Positions 57,800-64,000 of a DNA stretch of 64,000 bases are shown here, one piece after another. Below the pieces are notes generated by a model. That model did no database searches, was not told the DNA's origin, and worked only from the letters and a program-made list of their open reading frames with translations. The translations under genes and the position numbers were made by a program. This DNA comes from Spirochaetia bacterium (GTDB lineage: Bacteria > Spirochaetota > Spirochaetia > UBA9216): the NCBI GenBank assembly GCA_963677925.2, contig CAXXYH010000003.1:896001-960000 (forward strand), read 5' to 3'. Position 1 is the stretch's first letter. Each line of letters begins with the position of its first letter.

Positions 57800-58576
57800 T
57801 CAGGATCTTAAACAGGAACTCCAAAAAGGAAGGGACAACTCTGTTGCTTTTTTATTAAACTTGAAAAATTCCTGTCTTAATTCTGCTCCGGGCCAGGTTT
57901 TATCCTGCAGTACCGCCGGAAGCATCGGATCTTCTGCGAGAATGCGTACTGCCGCATCGCCTTCTTCCATCTTTTTTCTAAACACCTCCTCAGCAGAAAG
58001 TTCATTCAGATACTTATAGGATTCCTGCGTACGATGTATTTGCCTGCGCATTTGTTCCGATAGCTTTTCAAGGTTCCATAGAACAGCAGCATCTTCCCTG
58101 GTCAGTTCCGGAAACATCGGCCCAATGGTCAGGCAGCAGCATTTGGTTTTAATAACCTCTTCAAATACTTCATCATATTTTTCGTATCCTAAATACGGCC
58201 GTATCCATACACCCGGAAAGATTGTTGCAAATCGGTATTCCCTCAGCCTTTTCTGAAGAGAATACCTTGCTGATGAGTCTGAAATTGAAAAGGCTGCTGT
58301 GACCATTTCACCGGACCAGTCAATCGGGTTCTGCTCTTTGAATGCCCTTGCAACATTACCGCCATAATTCCTGCATTTTCCTGTTGGTGTGTAAAAAGCC
58401 GTACGCCCCTTACGGCTTATTTCCAGTACTCCCTGTTTTTTCATTCTTGATAGTACTGAACGCAGGCTGGTTTCAGAAACTTCGAAGGGCGCAGTTAAAC
58501 ATTTCAGCTGCCTTATTGAAAAGCATTGATAATCAAAGGTTGCAAATAAACCGTATATCAAATCAGAGTCTGTCAT
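57800..58576 (-). CDS. PaaX family transcriptional regulator
   Basis: wHTH SETSLRSVLSRMKKQG, W.G, R..L...L...F....PGVWI.P, W.L, DP.LP..L....WPG. Confidence 0.85.
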   Translation of the reverse strand: MTDSDLIYGLFATFDYQCFSIRQLKCLTAPFEVSETSLRSVLSRMKKQGVLEISRKGRTAFYTPTGKCRNYGGNVARAFKEQNPIDWSGEMVTAAFSISDSSARYSLQKRLREYRFATIFPGVWIRPYLGYEKYDEVFEEVIKTKCCCLTIGPMFPELTREDAAVLWNLEKLSEQMRRQIHRTQESYKYLNELSAEEVFRKKMEEGDAAVRILAEDPMLPAVLQDKTWPGAELRQEFFKFNKKATELSLPFWSSCLRS

Positions 58577-58633
58577 AAATAATTATATTGCAATTTTTTA
58601 ATTAAAGCAAAATTTTTGTGATATTTAATCGGT

Positions 58634-58665
58634 AAAAAAAGGCTGTTCTTTTAAGAACAGCCTTT
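58634..58665 (-). terminator. Rho-independent terminator after the DEAD-box helicase
   Basis: AAAGGCTGTTCTT-TT-AAGAACAGCCTTT with a T run on the minus strand. Confidence 0.85.
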
Positions 58666-58698
58666 GAATATCCTGTTTAGTACTTGAGACCGATTCCG

Positions 58699-60360
58699 TC
58701 AGTCAACTCTCAATCTTCGTCCGTTAAAGGTCTTTCTTTTAAGTACAGATTTAAGGAACTCGGCAGCGCCCTTTTCTACCTGAAAACGGGTGCTTGTAGG
58801 CTGAATATCAATGCGTCCGATTTCAACCTGTTTTCCTCTGGTGGACTGATTGATAAGTCCGAAAAGTTCGCCGACCTGCAGATTATCCCTGTGCCCCAGG
58901 TTAACTTTGAGCCAGATAAAATCAGCGTTATCGCTTCTTCCGCCACGCTGCCGGCTCTTTCCTGATTCACCCCTTGCATCCCTGCGTTCACGTGAATACT
59001 TTCTGGAAGCACCGATTGAGCGCTCGGAACGTTTCTCTACCGGTTTAATATCTTCAAGCCCCTTGTAGAACTGAAGAAAGCGGTTAAACTCAAGTGATAC
59101 AAAGCGCTTGATAAGTTCTTCACGTTCAAGGTCGGAAAGTTTTTCGTTAATTGTATCCATGAAACCGAGAATCTGCTTCTCGTCAACATTTACATTATGC
59201 ACACGGTCAATGAGGTGTATCAGCTGCTGTTCGCAAATCTCCTGCTTTCCGGGAATAACAGCTTCCTTGATAGGGCGTCCCAGATTCCGTTCGATAATCT
59301 TGAGACGACCTCGCTCGCGCATATTAATAATCGCCAGTGAAATACCTGTACTTCCCGCCCGTCCGGTACGTCCGCTCCGGTGGTTATACACCTCTATTTC
59401 ATCCGGAAGGTCATAGTGAATAACGTGAGTCAGGTCCTTAACGTCAACTCCTCTGGCTGCAACGTCGGTAGCAATAAGAAGCTGCAGACCTCTTTCACGG
59501 AATTTGCCCATTACGTATTCACGCTGTTCCTGTGACAGATCTCCATGGAGGGCATCTGCGTTGTAGCCTTCCTTTATCATTCTTTCCGCAAGGTCGCGGG
59601 CTGATGCCCTTGTCTTGCAGAAAACAATTCCGTATATGCCGGGGTAGTAATCAGCCAGTCTCTTAAGTGCCTGGAATTTATCCTTGGCGTGAACTACATA
59701 GTAGCTGTGCTCAACAGAAGCGTTTCCGGTATTCTTTTCACCTACCGAAATCTCCTGCGGTTCATGCATGTACTGGACTGCTATACGGTTTACCTCATTC
59801 GGCATTGTTGCCGAGAAGAGCAGTGACTGTCTTTCAAAAGGCAGCTCCATCAGAATTGCATCAAGCTCTTCCTTGAACCCCATATTGAGCATAATATCTG
59901 CCTCATCGAGGACAAGGTACTTGATATTTTCAAGTCTTGCTGCGCCCTTATCAATAAGATCTCTCAGACGTCCCGGAGTAGCGACAATAACAGGCGCCCC
60001 CCTTTTAAGGTCCCTTATCTGCTGGCCGTAGGCTGTTCCGCCGTAAACTGCCGTAATATGACATCCAGGCAGATATTTTCCAAAGTTTTCAAGATCCTTT
60101 ACAATCTGGATACAGAGTTCTCTGGTTGGACAAAGCACAAGAGCCTGAGTTTCAGGTGTTCTCCAGTTTACTTTCTCAAGCATGGGGAGGCCGAAAGCGG
60201 CGGTTTTACCTGTCCCTGTCTGAGCGAGACCGATAATATCCTTGCTTGAGGCTAAAATCATCGGTATTGTTTTCTCCTGTACCGGAGTGGGATTAACAAA
60301 GCCCAGTTCGCCAATCGCCTTAAGCACAAGAGGATTAAGATTCAGTTCGTTAAAATTCAA
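58699..60360 (-). CDS. deaD: DEAD-box RNA helicase with C-terminal DbpA-type RNA-binding domain
   Basis: Q motif, AQTGTGKT, PTREL, TPGR, DEAD, SAT, ARGVD, HRSGRTGRAG. Confidence 0.9.
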   Translation of the reverse strand: MNFNELNLNPLVLKAIGELGFVNPTPVQEKTIPMILASSKDIIGLAQTGTGKTAAFGLPMLEKVNWRTPETQALVLCPTRELCIQIVKDLENFGKYLPGCHITAVYGGTAYGQQIRDLKRGAPVIVATPGRLRDLIDKGAARLENIKYLVLDEADIMLNMGFKEELDAILMELPFERQSLLFSATMPNEVNRIAVQYMHEPQEISVGEKNTGNASVEHSYYVVHAKDKFQALKRLADYYPGIYGIVFCKTRASARDLAERMIKEGYNADALHGDLSQEQREYVMGKFRERGLQLLIATDVAARGVDVKDLTHVIHYDLPDEIEVYNHRSGRTGRAGSTGISLAIINMRERGRLKIIERNLGRPIKEAVIPGKQEICEQQLIHLIDRVHNVNVDEKQILGFMDTINEKLSDLEREELIKRFVSLEFNRFLQFYKGLEDIKPVEKRSERSIGASRKYSRERRDARGESGKSRQRGGRSDNADFIWLKVNLGHRDNLQVGELFGLINQSTRGKQVEIGRIDIQPTSTRFQVEKGAAEFLKSVLKRKTFNGRRLRVD

Positions 60361-60500
60361 TAATTATTCCTTATTTTCCTGCGGTATGCACAAAAAGAGT
60401 TATTCAATCGCGGGTTATTTAATACTAAACAAACGAAGGGGCTGTGTCAATCTCTGTAAAAACGGGGTATCTGCTGTATATCAAAGACTTTACAGCGTTT

Positions 60501-61538
60501 TCAGGGTTCTATCTCATATATGGCTGCCTGGCCTATTTCCCTGTTTGCAGAAATAATGATATCGCGGTCTGCAAGATTTACAATCATGGCGTTGCTTGGA
60601 CCAGCATTCTCATCCACAGTGTGAATCTCAATCTTTGCTGTCTCCTTATTATGGGTCAGGATGAACAGCTGCTGTTTTCCTCTTCTGCAGCCGCCCATAA
60701 ATACCGGATTACCGTTAATCTTCCCGCTGGCAGCCACGTGGTAAAACTCACTGACCTCGGGGTGCTCGAAGATCTGTCTGTATTCACCGTCGATCATCTT
60801 ATATACCCTGAAGTAACTTCCGTGAAATTCTTCAATTGTTGCAATCTCAGGCTGGCCGTCACCGTCTATATCGATACAGGCAATATCACTTACCGGCTGA
60901 CTCATTATCTGTTCAACGCTCCAGGCATCAGCATCGGAGGACGGCGGTGTAACAATGTATACACCGCTGTCACATGAAACCATTCCGCACTCAAGACCTT
61001 CCCATGTTACCCTTTCATAACCATGATTCTTGAAAAAATCATTTCGGAGCTCAGTCAGTATCAGTTCACCGCTCTCATCCTCAGGAAGCTCTCCGACATA
61101 GACCGAACCGGGATTGCTCCAGTCATCCTTGGCGTTTTTGGCGGAGGCAAGTGTACAGCCGATGAAGTAGTTCTTACCGTTTCGCTGAAGGATATCAAAT
61201 CTGTGCAGGTAAGGCATTTTAAGCATGGTTTTTACCGAGAAACTGCCGTCATCAAGAGTCTTTACCCATACCATTTCAGCTTCTTCCCAGTCGAACATTT
61301 TAAAAAATTTCTGTCCGGCAAGAAACTCCCCCTTCTTACCCGGCACCTTAACTATACTCATAGTTCCGCCGGGCTGCTCCCACACAGTCTTAGCCTCAGT
61401 GTAGTCAGAGCAGCTGAATGCATAGCAGCCGAAGTGTCCCTCGGAGGCAAAAAAAGCATACGGCTTTTCATTTATATCCATGCAGGCGACCGAGTAGCAT
61501 CTTTCCAGTTCTGTCAGAATGTTCCTGTTAAATTTCAT
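60501..61538 (-). CDS. Hypothetical cytoplasmic beta-propeller-like protein
   Basis: Beta-rich, DIDGDGQPEIA loop, no signal peptide. SD GGAGG before MKFNR. Confidence 0.75.
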   Translation of the reverse strand: MKFNRNILTELERCYSVACMDINEKPYAFFASEGHFGCYAFSCSDYTEAKTVWEQPGGTMSIVKVPGKKGEFLAGQKFFKMFDWEEAEMVWVKTLDDGSFSVKTMLKMPYLHRFDILQRNGKNYFIGCTLASAKNAKDDWSNPGSVYVGELPEDESGELILTELRNDFFKNHGYERVTWEGLECGMVSCDSGVYIVTPPSSDADAWSVEQIMSQPVSDIACIDIDGDGQPEIATIEEFHGSYFRVYKMIDGEYRQIFEHPEVSEFYHVAASGKINGNPVFMGGCRRGKQQLFILTHNKETAKIEIHTVDENAGPSNAMIVNLADRDIIISANREIGQAAIYEIEP

Positions 61539-61709
61539 GTAGATCCTCCGGGGATAGAATATGATCACTAATAAGCATTTTATCAAGTTTCATATATTTC
61601 ATATTGCGCTTTTTAAGCTTTCTTTATTGTTCTTTATTTACGTTTTTTACTATACTACATGAAGATAAGAAGTGTAAACAATAAAAATAATAATCTTTGG
61701 GAGATTAAA

Positions 61710-63431
61710 TTATCTTGAGAATCTAAGTCCGGCAACATGCCTTAGGGAGGATAATTCTTCATTGAGCATTTTCCGGTTTTCAGGAAAGTTTTCAGAAAGT
61801 TCAGACATCCGATCTAAATAGTATTCAAAGTCTTCACGGTATTTTCTGAATGCGAATTTCCGCACAGTGGCCAGCAGAAGCTTCCACAGCTTTTTAATTT
61901 CGGAAGAATCAGAACCTTCTGCCTGGGCTGCTTCAATAAGACTGAGCAGAACATCAGCTTCTTCCTTCTTATCTCTGCACCTGCAGTAATCAAGTGCCCC
62001 GGATATTTCAAGAATCGCCTCTCTCCCGCAGCCGAGCAGTTGAGATGCAGAAGGGACTTCCTTAAACCTGAACTGCTTATATGTACTGCATTTCAGCACC
62101 TGAACTGTGTCAGAAAGCAGTACAGCTGAATCAGCATCAACCGTAAACTTTTCTTTCAGCCGTTCCGGGTTAAAGGATTCATTCATAGCCGTAATTATCT
62201 TTTTCACTATTAAAAATTCCTTAATTGAATCGAGATCAGAGCTGTGATATTTTTTTGAAGTGTTCACCACAAGCTGATATTCAACATTCCGGTTATTACG
62301 TCCAAGGCTCTGCTTGCCGCCGCGATAGATTACATAATCACTGCAGAAAATCTGAAGGCTGCCGAAATCTGAAAGAATTGAACACAGAGCATCAAAGGGG
62401 ATGATGCCTTCCGTATTATAACTCAGTACAAAGTATCTGCTGTCGGTTTTCTCAAGAAGTCGGCGTAGAGCCTGCTCAGCAGTTTTCCCGTAGCAGAAGG
62501 GTGAACGTGTTTCTACCCAGTCGGGTCGGATACCTGCCTTGTGCATCAGTGTTCCGTCTGGGTGTCTTTCCATCGAAACTTCAGGCCGATCCCATGCTGC
62601 TATCGTATTAAGCATAAAATAGTTGCTTCCGTACTGATGCTGGTTATATGGAGGGTCAAGGTAGCAGATATCCCAAACCTCCGAAGCTGCACAGTCTGAA
62701 GCATCCTGTCTGCTCACTGAAAAAGACGCACCTGCAGCTCCCGTCACAAGAAGCGGAACACGAAGCTCCATACTCGCCATTATTCTTGTGAGAGCATCTT
62801 TACCATGTCCGCCGAACCCCTTGTGGCAGGCTTTAAAAACTCCGTTGGTATTCGCATGTGTGGCAGCCTGATAAAGAAGAGGGGAAACAAGAAGAGCTTT
62901 TTTATAAAAATCTTCACTGCCCTCTACCGGCTCCGGATATAGTTCATCTATACGGTAACGTATTCTGTCGATGAAAACAGCATTCTCATGCGTATAAAAC
63001 AGCCGCTCTTTACGGTAATCTGCAGTTTCCGTTTCATCAGGAGCATAATACCTGCTGATATATGGCTCATACTGGCCAGTCATAGCTTCAGCCCTTCCAT
63101 AATGGTTCAGCTCTTCGACTGCCGGGACAAGCCCTCCTTCCTGTTTGAATAGACGGTCAGCCTGAGACGGAGAGATACAGATATGTGCAGTATTTATAAG
63201 ATATGAATATAATTCCCAGTCATTTGCTCTTACACTGAATCCCAGAAGCTTTGCCAGTCTGGAGACAGAGCCGGATCCTGCAAAGGGATCACAGAAACGG
63301 AGAGGAACGCTGCCTGCTCCGGTTTCTGAGGCAAGCTCTTTAAAAACATCGCCGAGAAAAGGAAGCAGCCGTCTCTTATTCCCGATGTATGCTATAAGCT
63401 GCTGTGTAAGGTAGGGATCTGAATAATCCAA
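61710..63431 (-). CDS. Orphan DNA adenine methyltransferase (D12/FokI-like) with C-terminal extension
   Basis: YIGNKRRLL, DPFAGSGSVS, YLDPPYNQHQYGSNY, LSYNTEG. Confidence 0.9.
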   Translation of the reverse strand: MDYSDPYLTQQLIAYIGNKRRLLPFLGDVFKELASETGAGSVPLRFCDPFAGSGSVSRLAKLLGFSVRANDWELYSYLINTAHICISPSQADRLFKQEGGLVPAVEELNHYGRAEAMTGQYEPYISRYYAPDETETADYRKERLFYTHENAVFIDRIRYRIDELYPEPVEGSEDFYKKALLVSPLLYQAATHANTNGVFKACHKGFGGHGKDALTRIMASMELRVPLLVTGAAGASFSVSRQDASDCAASEVWDICYLDPPYNQHQYGSNYFMLNTIAAWDRPEVSMERHPDGTLMHKAGIRPDWVETRSPFCYGKTAEQALRRLLEKTDSRYFVLSYNTEGIIPFDALCSILSDFGSLQIFCSDYVIYRGGKQSLGRNNRNVEYQLVVNTSKKYHSSDLDSIKEFLIVKKIITAMNESFNPERLKEKFTVDADSAVLLSDTVQVLKCSTYKQFRFKEVPSASQLLGCGREAILEISGALDYCRCRDKKEEADVLLSLIEAAQAEGSDSSEIKKLWKLLLATVRKFAFRKYREDFEYYLDRMSELSENFPENRKMLNEELSSLRHVAGLRFSR

Positions 63432-63434
63432 GCT

Positions 63435-63800
63435 TTAGTCCGGTATGTAAACAGCCATATTTTTATCGGTCTCAAATACTTCGACCCTTGAAACCGGACA
63501 CTCCGGGATTTCCTTCTTCAGCTCTTTAAAGATATGCCATGAAATCAGTTCGGCACTCGGTTCTCTTTCATCAAATACAGGATTTTCATTCAGAAGGCTG
63601 TGATCGATGCGGTCAAGAACACGTTTAAGCGCCTTCTTTAAGATTCCAAAATCAGTAAGCATTCCGCCTTCATCAAGTTCCGCGCCCTGGGCAAAGACCC
63701 TGACCCTGTAATTATGGCCGTGCAGATTCTCACACTTACCATGATAATTGACCAGATAATGCGCCGCCGCGAAATTATCTTCTACTCTGACTTGAAACAT
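63435..63800 (-). CDS. queD: 6-carboxy-5,6,7,8-tetrahydropterin synthase
   Basis: FAAAHYL, CENLHGHNY, DFG..K, DH..LNE, PSAE, V.VFET. Start placed at MFQVR. Confidence 0.92.
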   Translation of the reverse strand: MFQVRVEDNFAAAHYLVNYHGKCENLHGHNYRVRVFAQGAELDEGGMLTDFGILKKALKRVLDRIDHSLLNENPVFDEREPSAELISWHIFKELKKEIPECPVSRVEVFETDKNMAVYIPD

Positions 63801-63828
63801 CTTTCCCCCGTTAGCTATAATGCCTGAT

Positions 63829-64000
63829 ATGGATGAAAAAAGATTATCAGCTTTGACCGCTAATATCAATATAATTGAGAAAAGAGGCGGAGATCCCCTT
63901 ATCAGCGGAATTGCGTATGATTCGCGTATGGTAAAAAAGGGCTTTCTTTTCTGCGCCCTGGACGGCCTGCATGTAGACGGGCACTCCTATATCAGTAAAG
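63829..64000 (+). CDS. murE: Mur ligase MurE, N-terminal part (partial; absent from the ORF track)
   Basis: MDEKRLSAL..ISGIAYDSRMVKKGFLFCALDGLHVDGHSYISK. TTGAAA-N18-TATAAT at 63792-63821. Confidence 0.85.
   Translation, partial: MDEKRLSALTANINIIEKRGGDPLISGIAYDSRMVKKGFLFCALDGLHVDGHSYISK

Noticed and set aside
61710-63800. Complete restriction-modification or dpd system
   Set aside because: No endonuclease, dpdA or other dpd gene is present in the window.

Overview
A gene-dense bacterial chromosome segment with about 60 CDSs. I saw no rRNA, tRNA, CRISPR array or IS element. The gene set suggests a free-living anaerobic spirochaete (inference): metG next to a FemAB-family gene, a Borrelia-like MPCGRKRK bS22, an SPS-1-type metallo-beta-lactamase, spirochaete-style MCPs and lipoboxes. 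Housekeeping and metabolic genes are hcp, leuB, a complete atoS-atoC-atoEBDA locus with a sigma54 promoter, pyk, murD, lyxK-ulaE, metG, hflKC, a DEAD-box helicase, queD and the start of murE. Four real elements are missing from the ORF track: a tandem double-GGDEF gene running off the left edge, a 29-aa ribosomal protein bS22, the murE 5' end, and a yjdF (azaaromatic) riboswitch. The two leading candidates for novelty are (1) a stand-alone ECF sigma factor fused to a FliG C-terminal flagellar-rotor domain, with apparently charge-reversed torque residues and its own ECF-type promoter, and (2) a tightly coupled Zn-deacetylase, ADP-ribosylglycohydrolase and DUF1152 operon upstream of the double-GGDEF gene. 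Other points of interest are a flavinylated lipoprotein reductase with a non-fumarate active site, an H116G B1 metallo-beta-lactamase, an HcpR site with a perfect inverted repeat around the hcp -10 box, and many apparently leaderless genes. All family calls come from motif recognition by eye; no database searches were run.
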